Shown: positions 12,077-24,530, counted from the whole stretch's first letter. The stretch is 63,868 bases of DNA, filler included, from Octopus bimaculoides (GCF_001194135.2; 6 parts of 5 records of this genome joined end to end with filler, not necessarily neighbours in it); one strand, 5' to 3'. Numbers and translations: made by a program. Notes: a model not told the origin generated them from the sequence alone.

Positions 12077-12894
12077 GTGAGTAATAGACAGAGAGAGGTA
12101 GTATATGTGGAGTAGATATTTAGATAAAATATAGGTGAAATAGAAAGAGTGCTTTGTATAAATAATTAATGCAAACAAACGTTGTCTGTATTAGTTATAC
12201 TACTAAAACATTTTTATAGATACATTTGTATATGTTGATATGCAGGTCGTTCTCGTCCTAATGAGTTAATTCACTTCTAATTATCACTCGTTATTCGAGA
12301 ACTCATAAAGCGACTGGTATTTTCTCATAGTAGTATAATAATCGTGACTTTGGTTCCAATCAAAAATTTTCAGCCAATTTCTTTTTTGAAAACGAACAAA
12401 AGAAACACAAACGAATTATTATGATTAGCAGCTAATTAAAAATCTACTCACATTTAAGCAAAAAAGGAAGAAAGAAATGAAAAATTTGAAAATAAAATGA
12501 GAACTATTTTTTTTCACTAAAACTTTAATTAACGTTCATAGTCCATTTTGTATTCGATTTTCAACACATGGGGTGATTACTATTATTATTATCATCATTA
12601 TTATTATTATTATTATTANNNNNNNNNNNNNNNNNNNNNNNNNNNNNNNNNNNNNNNNNNNNNNNNNNNNNNNNNNNNNNNNNNNNNNNNNNNNNNNNNN
12701 NNNNNNNNNNNNNNNNNNNNNNNNNNNNNNNNNNNNNNNNNNNNNNNNNNNNNNNNNNNNNNNNNNNNNNNNNNNNNNNNNNNNNNNNNNNNNNNNNNNN
12801 NNNNNNNNNNNNNNNNNNNNNNNNNNNNNNNNNNNNNNNNNNNNNNNNNNNNNNNNNNNNNNNNNNNNNNNNNNNNNNNNNNNNNNNNNNNNNN

Positions 12895-12934
<40 letters not shown>

Positions 12935-12945
12935 ACTTGTTTCAG

Positions 12946-13016
12946 GAACGCTTAGAGAGTTCTCTGCTTGCAACATTGTTTTCTTCGCTTCATGAATTTG
13001 CTGATGACAAGCGAAG
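12946..13016 (+). CDS. Internal exon (ERLESSLLATLFSSLHEFADDKR)
   Basis: Acceptor ttacttgtttcag, donor AAG|GTAACC, open, phase 0 to 2. Confidence 0.7.
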
Positions 13017-14460
13017 GTAACCTTTCTATTTCGTTCATCATTTGGGTTTTGTGACTCTAAATTTTTATTGACATTTTCTCTGTTCAAAAGCCTCTTGAAG
13101 TCCCATGGATATAAAGTTACGAAATAAAAGGCCCTCTTCTTCCTTTTGTTTTTCATTATCATTTTCGCAAGTTATCGAATAATTCCCTCTTTAGTTAAGC
13201 TCATTGTTGTGCGTTTCGCGTTGATCCACTACAAAAACTTAAACATGTCAGCTTTTTGAATGACTTTTCTTTTGTTTTTGTATTTTTCTTTAATGCTTTA
13301 TGATATCTTCAGATTTCTTTCAAATTCTTCAAATTTGCAATTACGTTGGGACAATGATTTTGCCATACACCTTTCACGGCCTTCCTCTAAATACTGTTCC
13401 ATACAAAACAAATGAGTTGAGATAAGTGGATTCTTTCTGGGTGTCCTGGAATGAATTAACGAAAGATATTCTATACTCATTACCGATATTTTCTTTTTTG
13501 CAATCGTTATGTAATTACACAACTGCGATATGTTTGGAGAAATATAAAAGCTTGCATTATGGGTGAAAGTTTGTTAACATCGAAAATCGCTTGTCCAGTA
13601 CGTATTGTTGTCTGCCACCTTATGCGTAAATGGAGGATATTAAAGAGTTCAAGGCTTGCACGAAAGTAGTTAGTGTGTGTGTGTGGGGGGGGTATGTAAA
13701 CTAAATCTTGGCGAAATCGCAATTGTAGCAACCGAAAGAGAGTGATTAAAGATGATAAGCACGAAGCTGTCTGAAGTTAACAGGAGCTGACCTTTGCTTA
13801 AAGGTATTGTGAGTATATATTTTAAAACCGAACTTAGGTTACTGAAATTATATTCGACTTGTCTATATTCGGCTCTGATTTATCTAGTATAATGATGAAT
13901 TTTTGACAGGTTAAACAAATGGATTTTTAGCGCAAAATCCGAGAACAATGGAAACGAACGTGAACACTCATATTTCGGTCCTTAATCACAAATTTCTTCT
14001 TTATCGTTCACTCACGCATACTTCATTACATTGATTATATCTAAAACACTCAAGCTCTTCCAAATCTGTGCAAGAGTTTCAACCTTCTTTCTTATTCTTG
14101 GCTTTATGACGAGTATAAAATGTTTCTCGTAAAAAGCAGGTCTTAACAGATTAAATAAACCCCTGATCCATAGGTTGAAGAAGTGAGATTGATTTTACCG
14201 GTAAAAAAAAGAAAAAGTAATTTTAACATTTGTATGATGATTTTGCTGAGATACTGGTCGTTCGGTTGCATTAACGAAAATTAAAAGCACGTAGCAAGAA
14301 TTTTTTTTCATTTATAATATTGTTTTATCTCAAGAATGAAAGGATGAGAAAACCAATCCCCAAAAAGTGAGAACTATTATCCAAACCTTTTTTTTTTCCT
14401 TATGATTATGAGAATACTTTTCATGGCAATTTTTTGAGCCTCTGGATTTTCTGATCTATA

Positions 14461-14676
14461 CGAGGAGGTGCTGAAAAGTTCTTGGTTTCAGGGTATCGCG
14501 AAGGGCTTGGTTGGAAGCCCAATCTTCCGAATTCTTTTACAGGGCTTAGAAAAACTGAAGGACCGCTGTAATAAGTGTGTGAATCTGAGAGGGGGAATAT
14601 GTTGAATAAAATCATGATTAACTGATCCTTCTGTATTTTCTTTTACCCAAAAGCTAGGAACTTTTTAGCACCCCCT
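14461..14676 (+). mobile_element. Mariner-derived non-autonomous element
   Basis: TIRs cgaggaggtgctgaaaagttc / ggaactttttagcaccccc; retains transposase C-terminus GLEKLKDRCNKCVNLRG.YVE*. Confidence 0.85.
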
Positions 14677-15549
14677 AACACAAAAAAGACAGTTAACTTC
14701 ATCTTAGACATTTATTGTTTGTAACATGGCGTCACCGACCAGGTTGCAGTTTCGGGTGACGAAAATTTTGACACTCTTTTACGAACAATAAATGTTTTAA
14801 AGAAATTTAACGTTCTTTATGTGTTTCTGAATAGCTAACTTGCGAATTCCACGCTGCAATCGTTTTAGTTTCAATACACGATCTTACGTAATCAAAATAC
14901 TTGTCTTACAAGTACATCTCTGTGATGTTTTACCGTTTTCTTTTTAATTATAATTATAGTTTTGGCCACTGCACACCATTCATTTGTTGTTAAAACATTT
15001 GTCAACTTGTAAAACGTAGAAAGTTTTCTGTCGCACCCCGTATAATTTTCCTCATCAGTAATTAAATGAGTAAAATATTTTACCATGCTATGATCTGCGC
15101 TGCTGCTTCACTTTCTAAATTTATGACATGCCAGCCTGCTCTCTTCTTACAGCGTTTAAAACATTCACTGCCTGCGGCAAGTTTCTTTGTTATCTTCCCT
15201 TTCATCATTTAGCATTGCAAAAATGGACCAGGTTTTTCTACAACTGGCAGCGCAGATAACAAGAACGTTTAATCTTTGTGTTTGATCACTAATCCATACT
15301 GTTAAAATCTCTATTTGAGGAACGATGCTATCTTCTTTATTTTGAAGCCAAGTACATTACATGGAATGCGCATTCTTAACGCGAATCAAATATTTCTCTT
15401 TCTCGTTGAAAACTGTACAAACGATGAAAAGCTCAAAGAATATCTATCAGTGATGTTTTTACGGTATTTCCGGTATAATGTTGTCTTGTAATTTTCATAC
15501 TTTTGTTCAAAAGTTCTGGTTCTCCTTCTTCCTTTATTTGATGCTTTAG

Positions 15550-15646
15550 TCAGTTTATCGTTGTTTCTTTTGAGAATGTTGGAAAAAATATGGGTGCCAA
15601 AATATCTGAAGAAAAGATGAAGAAGCGAAAAGCAAAGGAAAGCATT
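15550..15646 (+). CDS. Internal exon (SQFIVVSFENVGKNMGAKISEEKMKKRKAKESI)
   Basis: Pyrimidine-rich acceptor ..gatgctttag, donor ATT|GTAAGA, phase 2 to 0, joins 13016 in frame. Confidence 0.7.
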
Positions 15647-16523
15647 GTAAGATGCATCGATGGCGTCCGCTTGCTGGTAACACTATGTAACACGACTCTT
15701 GTCCTTGGGTACAAGCTGTTATTTCCTATTTGCTTACCCTAGAAAGTATGAAAAATGACTAATATTACCTTCAAACTTTGCTTTTGTTACATTTATTAAA
15801 GCCCTAAAAAATTCCTCTTAACACATGGTTATGGTGCTTGCCCACGACTCCTACACATGATCAGAGAGGCTTTAATTGTCAACCATAAGGAAGATGCTCA
15901 ATTGGTCAAGGTCAAGCAACTGACAAGCAAATCTGTGATATTGAGCAGAATATTTGCTATAACGATATTTCTGCTTCTGTAACTCAGCGCTAAATCTGTC
16001 TGAAATGTAATGGAACATAGGTCAGTTTCATAACATGGATGCCCAGCTCACAAAAGCAAAGTTTGAAGAGAACAGTAATCATTTCCTTTGATTTCTAGAT
16101 AGAAGCAAATAGGAAATAACACTTACTGACCAAAGACCAAAAAAGTAATAATAATAATAATTTTGTTACACAGTGTAATTGAACTTCGCGTTAAATTAAA
16201 GTAAATAAAATAGTGACAATCGAGAAAGGCCAGGGATTACCAACGTTTGCCAGCGTAACTTGACGTTCAGCTCAATTGCCTACAGTATTCATCCGCCCGG
16301 ATGCCATTTTGGAGCAACACACATTGAGGTATTCGTAAATTTCAAACGAAATTACATGAATAAGGTTTTGTCTTTTAATTTTTGCCACCGAAAATTCTTT
16401 TAAAAATATAAACTCGTTAACTGGAAGTCCGGAAAACCTGAACTACTTGTAATAAAGTTAGTCACTCGTAGTCCTAGAAAGACAGTTCTGCAATTTTTTG
16501 CTGAACAAACTGCAGAAATGATT

Positions 16524-16937
16524 TAGGGCCGGCTTAAAACACATCGAGGCCCTAAGCACTTAAAAGATTTTGGTGGCCACCATAAAAGATTATGTAATTC
16601 AAAATATAAACAAATAACAAACCATAAAATAAATTTTATTTTTCAAAACGAAACAAAACAGTAAGAGGGAAAATGTTTATTTTTGTATACTTCCACTTTA
16701 TTTATATTTGAAAAGTTTTCTCCAACTTTTTTGAATTGCAAAGTTATTGATCAGATCCTAAAAATTAATCTTAGGTAACACATCTGCTTCTATACTTAGT
16801 AAAGATAAAGGCATCCCGAATATTATTTTAGTAAGGTTAAAGTGAATTATTTTGTGCCGTAAACCATTTATCATTTCTGTGGTTCCCTTGATGCCCTAAG
16901 CACGTGCTTATTTTGCTTAAAGGTTAATCCAGCGCTG
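16524..16937. mobile_element. hAT-like non-autonomous DNA element
   Basis: Ends tagggccggcttaa / ttaatccagcgctg with subterminal gccctaagcac at both ends; interior recurs at 52395-52580. No TSD seen. Confidence 0.6.
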
Positions 16938-16939
16938 TT

Positions 16940-17110
16940 TATAGTGATCGAATGTATGTACTGTACATTAGCTCACACGCTCCATCAAATCGATGTTTGC
17001 CTGAACAGGTGCAAAGTGTACCATGCAGCAGGCGTTGAAGTGACTGCAAAGCAACGTCAAATAAAGTGTTTTGCTCAAGTACACAACGCACCACCCGGTC
17101 TAAGAATTGA
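16940..17110 (-). mobile_element. tRNA-derived SINE (family E) fragment
   Basis: Reverse complement contains B-box-like ggtttcaattc and ttgagcaaaacactttattt as at 62806. Confidence 0.65.
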
Positions 17111-17589
17111 AACCAGATCATGTATACCTAGGTACATAACAAAGTATACACATTATATATATGCGCTTTTGTGCATATGAGTGTATGTGTGCGTCTGTTT
17201 ACCCGCATGTATATGTATGTATGTATTCATGTATACATGTGTGATAAAGAGAGAGAGAGATTTAAAATCTGCTACTGCCACTTATTCACTCTCTATTTAT
17301 GACTTTATAGACTTTTACGGCGTTATACAAAATATGAAAACATTCGAAATTATATCAGACTCATATAACTATGTTAGTGGCTATGGATATGGACTTTTTA
17401 GGGTTTATCCTCGCACAGAGAATTGGTTTCGCTCGAATACACAAACAAACTGTTTGTGTTATCATGCAAAAATAAACTTATCATACACTGAGGCTAAAGT
17501 TCCTTTCTCTGATGCATCTGGGTTCGTCCTTTCATTCTGTTATAGACTCTTTCTGAAACTGGGTAATCTATTTCTTATTTATTCAATGT

Positions 17590-17985
17590 TATAATATTGG
17601 TTTCACATCTGGGCACAAAGCCAGCAACTTTGAGGGAGGGGGTAAGTCGATAAGATCGACCCCAGTTTTCAACTGGTACTTATTTTATCGACGCCGAAAA
17701 GATGAAAAGCAAAGTCGACCTTAGCGGAATTTGAACTCAGCGTGTGAGAATAGAGGAAATGACGCAAAGCATTTTAGCTGGCATGCTAATGATTCTTTTC
17801 TACTAAAGGCACAAGGCCTGAAATTTTGCGGGAGGGGATTAGCCGATTCACTGGTACTTAATTTATCGACCCCAAAAGGATGAAAGGCAAAGTCGACCTC
17901 GGTGGATTTTGGACTCAGCGCTTGAGAATGGACGAAATTACCCGGTATGCTAACGATTCCGCCAGCTCGCTGCCTTTGTCAATGC
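17590..17985 (-). mobile_element. Two tandem SINE family B copies
   Basis: gatgaaaggcaaagtcgacct..gaatttgaactcag motif twice. Confidence 0.85.
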
Positions 17986-18169
17986 TATAATATTCCAATT
18001 GGATACGAGTCATAATATCTTAGAGTTTGACTGTGCAATTTGGAAAATTATATTTTTGTAATTATGAAAATTATATTTTTGTAATTATGAAGGTGAGATA
18101 AATTGAGGGTAGTATTCAGGTCAAAATGATGTTTTTGTATTTGAAGTGGTTGTATGGTTTAAAAGCTTG

Positions 18170-18710
18170 CTTTCTCGGTTTCAGGTACATTGCATGGTAC
18201 CTTGGATAAGTATCATCTATTATAGCCCTGGACCAACCAAAGCCTTGTGAATGGATTTGACAGACGGAAACTGAAAGAAGCCCGTCAGGTACATAAGTGT
18301 ATATAACTATACGTTATATGTCTTTGTGTTTGTATTGCGTTTGTTCTCTGCCACGAGTGTTTGACAACCGTGATGGTTTGTTTGTGCCCCCGTAATGTAG
18401 CGGTGGAAATCAGCTGAGAGTAGAAGTGATTAATATCGGTTTCCAATTTTGGTACAAGACCAGCAGTTTCGAGGGGCTAGTCAATTAGATTAACCCCAGT
18501 GCCCAACTGGTACAAATTTTACATGCGCACACGCCCCCCCCCCCACACACATATATATATACTACGGGCTTCTTTCAGTTTCCATCTACCAAATCCACTA
18601 ACAAGGTTTTGGTCGGCCCGAGACTGTAGCAGAAGACACTTGGCCAAGGTATCATGTTGTGGGACTAAACACTGGAACCATACCTTATGCTGGAAAAATA
18701 TAGTCATTAA
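18170..18710. mobile_element. Two SINE family C copies in opposite orientation with a family B piece between
   Basis: aaagccttgtgaatggattt..cggaaactgaaagaagccc on + and its reverse complement at 18560-18700. Confidence 0.75.
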
Positions 18711-19491
18711 GGACTGTTTCATCCTCCCTCCTCTGTAATTTATTAAATGAATATTTTTTTAGAAAATAAAAATGTTCATGCCTATAGAATACCTAACAGC
18801 CATGCCAAAAAATTAATCTCTGATCCTTGCTTTATTTTTTATTTATTTATTTATTTATTCTTATCAAGTTACTCCGGTGTCTCTGGAAAAATTCCATTTT
18901 ATTAAAACGATATTCATTTAAGAAATTCCAGAATGGAAAATATAAATTAGTTCCCAAAAGTAATTTTTTTTTCAGCATAATTCTAATTAACATCATCAAA
19001 GCTATGAGGAAACAAAGTCGAGATGCATGAAATATCAGCACCCTCCTCCCACATTATTTGTCTGTTTTTTTACACATTAAATTCCGTTATAATCAGGAAA
19101 TACACCATCTGAAAGTTATCTGTAGAAAATTTCACTAAGAAAATTACCATTTCACTGAAAGATACGCGGAAACAAATTCGTGGCGTGAGAATTACCCGAA
19201 ACTATTCTCACTTAACTCAAAAACAATTTTCAGAACAAATTCCGATATAATCGTAATCTATATCATCTGAGACATACTTATAGAAAATTCCATTATAAGA
19301 ATATTCATTTTCCTGAAAGTTATGAGGAAACAAAATCGGTGTGGAAAGCACGGTCGTGTAGTTATACCTCTTTACGTGTGTGTGTGTGTGTGTGTGTTAT
19401 TAATAAGAGTAGAAATTACAGAGTGACTGAAGGGCCGAGAGTTTCGTGCATTGGCTCTTATTCCTAATCAAACACCTTGGCCTTTGAGTGA

Positions 19492-19748
19492 TTCTTTTAC
19501 TCTTTTACTTGTTTCAGTCATTTGACTGCAGCCATGCTGGAGCACCGTCTTTAAGGGTTTCAGTCGAAGAAACCAACTCCAGGACTTGTTCTTTGTAAGC
19601 CTAGTACTTATTCTATCAGTCTCTTATGCCGAACCACTAATTTACGGGAACATAAACGCACCAACATCGGTTGTCAAGCGATGTTGTAGGGACAAACAAC
19701 GACACAAAAACACCCACATAAATACGCACACACACACTCAGAAGCGCG

Positions 19749-19787
<39 letters not shown>
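19492..19787 (-). mobile_element. SINE family C, 3' half, ending in (CA)n and a gap
   Basis: Reverse complement of the tail of 22515-22897. Confidence 0.85.
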
Positions 19788-19788
<1 letters not shown>

Positions 19789-20178
19789 NNNNNNNNNNNN
19801 NNNNNNNNNNNNNNNNNNNNNNNNNNNNNNNNNNNNNNNNNNNNNNNNNNNNNNNNNNNNNNNNNNNNNNNNNNNNNNNNNNNNNNNNNNNNNNNNNNNN
19901 NNNNNNNNNNNNNNNNNNNNNNNNNNNNNNNNNNNNNNNNNNNNNNNNNNNNNNNNNNNNNNNNNNNNNNNNNNNNNNNNNNNNNNNNNNNNNNNNNNNN
20001 NNNNNNNNNNNNNNNNNNNNNNNNNNNNNNNNNNNNNNNNNNNNNNNNNNNNNNNNNNNNNNNNNNNNNNNNNNNNNNNNNNNNNNNNNNNNNNNNNNNN
20101 NNNNNNNNNNNNNNNNNNNNNNNNNNNNNNNNNNNNNNNNNNNNNNNNNNNNNNNNNNNNNNNNNNNNNNNNNNNNNN

Positions 20179-20223
<45 letters not shown>

Positions 20224-20383
20224 AACACACACACACATATTAATCAAAGTGTACAGTATTATATATCCATTACGGGCTATCTTGTTAAGCAGTTTCGTAA
20301 TGGAGGTTCGACGGGGTGTTAGCTAGCAGCTCGATTATATAAAACTACACTCTTCAGAGTTAGCTGCTTTTCTTCCATGTCAG

Positions 20384-20450
20384 TCAACAGGGACACATAA
20401 TCGGGTTGTTATTAAACATTCTGTTGACCCACCTTGGACGAAACTGAAGG
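20384..20450 (+). CDS. Internal exon ([22 protein letters not shown])
   Basis: Acceptor gcttttcttccatgtcag, donor AGG|GTATGA, phase 0 to 1, fits both neighbours. Confidence 0.55.
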
Positions 20451-20553
20451 GTATGATCGGCCGTAATGGATATATATTTCGATTAATTACCCACTGTATT
20501 GACAAATATTTGAGTGCATATTTTGTCTATATATATATAGATACATACATACA

Positions 20554-20641
<88 letters not shown>

Positions 20642-20703
20642 CATAAATAGATATTTATATACATACTACACACACACATACACATACACACATACATATA
20701 TAT

Positions 20704-21030
20704 GAGTGGCTGCGAGGTAAGAAGATTACTTCCCTACTACATGGTTCCGGGTTAAGTCCCATTGCATGGCACTTTAGGCAAGTGTCTTCTACTATAGCCA
20801 CGGGTCGACCAAAGCCTTGTGAGTGGATTTGGTAAACGGAAACTGAAAAAAGCCCATCGTACATATACATGTATATATATCTGTGTGTGTGGGTCTGTGT
20901 TTGTCTCACTACCCCCATCACTTGTGTTGGTGTGTTTACGTCCTTGTAACCTAACGGTTCGGCAAGAGAAACTGATAGAACAGGTACCGAGCTTAAAACG
21001 TAAGTACTGAGGTCGATTCCTTCGGGTAAA
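20704..21030 (+). mobile_element. SINE family C
   Basis: Head gagtggctgcg..aagtgtcttctactatagcc, internal (TA)(TG) tract, tail segment. Confidence 0.85.
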
Positions 21031-21365
21031 ATTTCAAGTCGGTGCGCGTAGGAAGTTTGGAAGCTTTAAGCAATAGGCGGCTAGTATTGAGAACCTAAGG
21101 TTTACTATATACGATAAGATACAATAACAACTTATTGGCGTCTAGAGTTACACACTTTTTCCCATATCGAAGCTGCAAAGAAATTCCATAAGCCGATAGT
21201 TTCTATGCAGCTCACTTTTAACACCTACTGCTGCTAAAAATGTGAATAACATTCCAAATTCAGAGAGTAGAAAGGGTAAAATGTAAGCTACATATGTTAC
21301 GTAATTAGTTGTAGTTCATTATCCCAGTTACTCAATAAACTCTTCTCAGCGTAACTAATCATCAG

Positions 21366-21430
21366 GCTGCGGTTACCTCAATGAAGTTTACAATGCCGCA
21401 CAGAATTCCAAAGTCAGCCGCAACACAATG
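21366..21430 (+). CDS. Internal exon (GCGYLNEVYNAAQNSKVSRNTM)
   Basis: Strong donor ATG|GTGAGT; acceptor aactaatcatcag; phase 1 to 0. Confidence 0.55.
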
Positions 21431-21681
21431 GTGAGTCCAATTGAATAGAAAAGTCAATAACTAAAGACAAAAGTATTAGAAAATAAAAGGCATAAAAATA
21501 AATATAGAAAGAAGGTAACTTTAAAAACCCAGTGAGCGTTTAGCACAAGACGAGATCCGAAATGTGCATAGAATGAGTGTGAAAGAATAAAGGAGTCATC
21601 TGGATATCTCTTCCAGTTATTTTCTATGTATAGGGAGAATGGGTTACGGTAAAGATTGTTTCTAGGTGCCTCATGACTAGG

Positions 21682-21719
<38 letters not shown>

Positions 21720-21721
<2 letters not shown>

Positions 21722-21975
21722 TAGCAGAGGCACCCGGCGTTGCTCGGGAATTAAATTGTTGCTTATATACTTGAAGAAAAAAAAAGTAAAATATGCTGCA
21801 TAGAAATTTGAGGACATTCTGTAGATGGACTCTCAGATGACTGATGGCTGGGCGCCTCTCATGAATGGGGAAAATTGAAGATGTGCCAAAAAGCCTCATT
21901 GGTACTTGGAAACTTTTACGAAAATTAAAATGGGGATTAAATGAAAAAAATTATTTACGTGAATATCCTCAGAAG
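21720..21975. mobile_element. Possible Helentron/DINE-like non-autonomous element end
   Basis: actagcagaggcacccggcgttgctcggg: subterminal hairpin next to (TA)n, resembling such elements; other end lost in a gap. Confidence 0.4.
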
Positions 21976-22075
21976 NNNNNNNNNNNNNNNNNNNNNNNNN
22001 NNNNNNNNNNNNNNNNNNNTTAATTAATTAANNNNNNNNNNNNNNNNNNNNNNNNNNNNNNNNNNNNNNNNNNNN

Positions 22076-22125
<50 letters not shown>

Positions 22126-22200
22126 CATTACCTCATTACCTTCACTGCTACCACCACCACAATAACCATCATCATCCTCATCATAATCTTCATAATCTTC

Positions 22201-22460
22201 ATCATCAGTTTTGTTCACCTGTAGGCCAGAGACAGTCACAAGCATAATCTTATTCTTTTTCACCTGGTCTCATGCCAAATCCACCACCTGCCCTATCATT
22301 ATTGCATGTTTTTCATTTCCAAACAGAATTCTGAATACAATGAAGATAAACATTGTCTGTCATCTTGATCTTCTCTCATCACACATCTGCCAATGTGTGC
22401 TGCATGCGTCTGTACAGCTTCATCATATGGCAGTCTTAATATCTGTCCTAAATACTTGAG
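22201..22460 (-). mobile_element. RTE-like LINE 3' fragment with (GAT)n tail
   Basis: Decayed HWQMCDERRSR..DQVKKNKIML resembles the RTE C-terminal region. Confidence 0.45.
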
Positions 22461-22514
22461 TTAATGATAGATGAGTTTTTTTGTTTTTTTTTGGAGGAAC
22501 AAATTAAATTGTAT

Positions 22515-22897
22515 GAGTGGCTGTGTGGTAAGTAGCTTGCTTACCAACCACATGGTTCCGAGTTCAGTCCCATTGCGTGGCACATTGAGCAAGTGTCTTC
22601 TACTATAGCCTCGGGGCGACCAAAGCCTTGTGAGTGAATTTGGTAGACGGAAATTGAAAGAAGCCCGTCGTATATATGTATATATATATATATGTGTGTG
22701 TGTCTGTGTTTGTCCCCCCAACATCGCTTGAGAACCAATGTTGGTGTGCTTACGTCCTCATAACTTAGCGGTTCGGCAAAAGAGTTCCGATAGAATAAGT
22801 ACTAGGCTTACAAAGAATAAGTCCTGGGGTCGATTTGCTCAACTAAATGCGGTGCTCCAGCATGGCCGCAGTCAAATGACTGAAACAAGTAAAAGAG
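22515..22897 (+). mobile_element. Full-length SINE family C with internal microsatellite
   Basis: tRNA-like head (tggctgtgtgg..ggttccgagttcagtccc), (TA)(TG) core, conserved tail ..actgaaacaagtaaaagag. Confidence 0.9.
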
Positions 22898-22919
22898 TAG
22901 AGAGAGTATGTATATATGC

Positions 22920-22956
<37 letters not shown>

Positions 22957-23053
22957 AGAGTAAGCACATAAATGTGAAACAAGGTGGAAAAATAGTAATC
23001 AAATACCAGAGGTAGGGTAATATGCTTTATTAAAAAGCAGCAAAAATATCACA

Positions 23054-23099
23054 AAAACTGTTAATCAGAGTTTCACGTTCCCATTCGTCAGACAGTTTT
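23054..23099 (-). ncRNA. Minimal hammerhead ribozyme, intact core
   Basis: aaaactgt-CTGACGA-atg ggaa cgt-GAAA-ctctgat-TA-acagtttt: 8 bp stem I, GNRA-capped stem II, stem III degenerate. Confidence 0.8.
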
Positions 23100-23114
23100 G
23101 TTTAGAGTCTAAAC

Positions 23115-23160
23115 AAAGCTGTCGAACGAATGGGAATGTGAAATTCTGATTAACAGTTTT
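23115..23160 (+). ncRNA. Mirror-copy hammerhead with mutated core
   Basis: aaagctgt-CGAACGA-atgggaatgt-GAAA-ttctgat-TA-acagtttt. Confidence 0.7.
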
Positions 23161-23194
23161 TGTGATATTTTTGCTGCTTTTTAATAAAGTATGT

Positions 23195-23410
23195 CTGTTG
23201 CCAGTACTGCCTGACTGGCCTTCGTGCGGGTGACACGTAAAAGCACCCACTACACTCTCTGAGTGGTTGGCATTAGGAAGGGCATCCAGATGTAGAAACT
23301 CTGCCAAATCAGATTGGAGCCTGGTGTAGCCATCCGGTTTCACCAGTCCTCAGTCAAATCGTCCAAACCATGCTAGCATGGAAAGCGGACGTTAAACAAT
23401 GATGATGATG
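23195..23410 (+). mobile_element. Family D retroposon with (GAT)n tail
   Basis: gtaaaagcacccactacactctc..ttaggaagggcatccag..catgctagcatggaaagcggacgttaaac(gat)n; copies at 24608-24890(-), 48485-48913, 49452-49738, 53990-54215(-), 54600-54790, 58490-58668. Confidence 0.9.
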
Positions 23411-23539
23411 TATGTATATAAGGCTAAATAGTCAGCTTCAGAAAAGCTGTCATGAGAACCTTAGTGAAGGCATAAAAAGCTGCAAGTGTGTTAAACTAAA
23501 CAACCTATGTTAAGATGTTAAAGTAAACTAACCTGGAAA

Positions 23540-23890
23540 TTGGAACACAGTTTATACAGTTGATGCGAAGCATTCTTCTTAACCACAACATTTCAAAAGA
23601 ATCTATATGGGGCCTATCCTCATGAACCACCAAACAGGATTCCAATAAAGTAAATACTCAAAGAATAATTGTTTTGGGAAGAATCACAGAAGAGTTCAAA
23701 GACAAACAACTTCCAATAGATATTATGTTTTATTGACTTCAAGAAAAGCATTCGTTTTATAAATAATGATGAAAGGCTTGTAGTGTAATGATACTATGGA
23801 ATTCTTTAGATCATACTTAATGCTATTAAAACTGTCTGCCATAATTTATTAATTGCTGTAGTAATAAATGATAAAATATCTTGAAATCCT
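23540..23890 (+). mobile_element. RTE-type LINE RT fragment, N-terminal part
   Basis: Decayed NHQTGFQ..RITEEFKDKQLP..FIDF.KAF..YGI..LNAIK..AVVINDKIS. Confidence 0.8.
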
Positions 23891-23896
23891 TTAAGG

Positions 23897-24530
23897 GGGT
23901 GAGCTGGCAGAATTGTTATTGTGTTAAGGCAGCAATCTGGCAGAAACGTTAGCATGCTGGGCAAAATGCTTAGTGGTATTTCATCTGCCGTTACGTTCTG
24001 AGTTCAAATTCCGCCGAGGTCGACTTTGCCTTTCATTCTTTCGGGGTCGATAAATTAAGTGCCAGTTGCGCATTGGGGATTGATCTAATCAACTTAATCC
24101 CTTTGTCTGTCCTTGTATGTCCCCTCTATGTTTAGCCACTTGTGGGCAATAAAGAAATAAGAAATGTTAGCAAGCCGGGCGAAATGCTTAGTGGTATTTC
24201 ATCTGCCGTTATGTTCTGAGTTCAAATTCCGCCGAGGTCGACTTTGCCTTTCATCCTTTCGGGGTCGATAAATTAAGTACCAGTTGTGTACTGGGGTTGA
24301 TCTAATCGACTGCCACTCCCACCCTGCTCCATCCTCAAATATTTCAGGCCTTATGCCTAGAGTAGAAAAGAATCGTTATTGTGTTAGACAAAATGCTGCT
24401 GAGATCGACTTTGCTTTTCATCCCTTCAGGGTCAATAAAATAAGTACCAGTTGAGCCCTGGGTGTCAGTGTAATCAACTTAGCCCATCCCCGGAAATTGC
24501 TGCCCTTGTATTAAAATTTGAATACAATAT
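23897..24530 (+). mobile_element. Cluster of 3-4 SINE family B copies
   Basis: Repeated gaaatgcttagtggtatttcatctgccgtta.gttctgagttcaaattccgccgaggtcgactttgcctttca. Confidence 0.92.

Larger units (their letters stand above)
23022..23192. repeat. 171 bp near-perfect palindrome (85 bp arms, 1 nt centre)
   Basis: Arms symmetric about 23107 with 6 mismatches; each arm carries a hammerhead motif. Confidence 0.95.

Noticed and set aside
16271-16328. Exon candidate SIAYSIHPPGCHFGATHIE
   Set aside because: Phase incompatible with the flanking exons.
20285-20360. Minus-strand CTGAAGA..GAAA
   Set aside because: Stems I and III do not form.
23330-23355. CTGAGGA-ctggt-GAAA-ccgg in family D (minus strand)
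   Set aside because: No stem II, no UH after the palindrome, and other copies lack GAAA.
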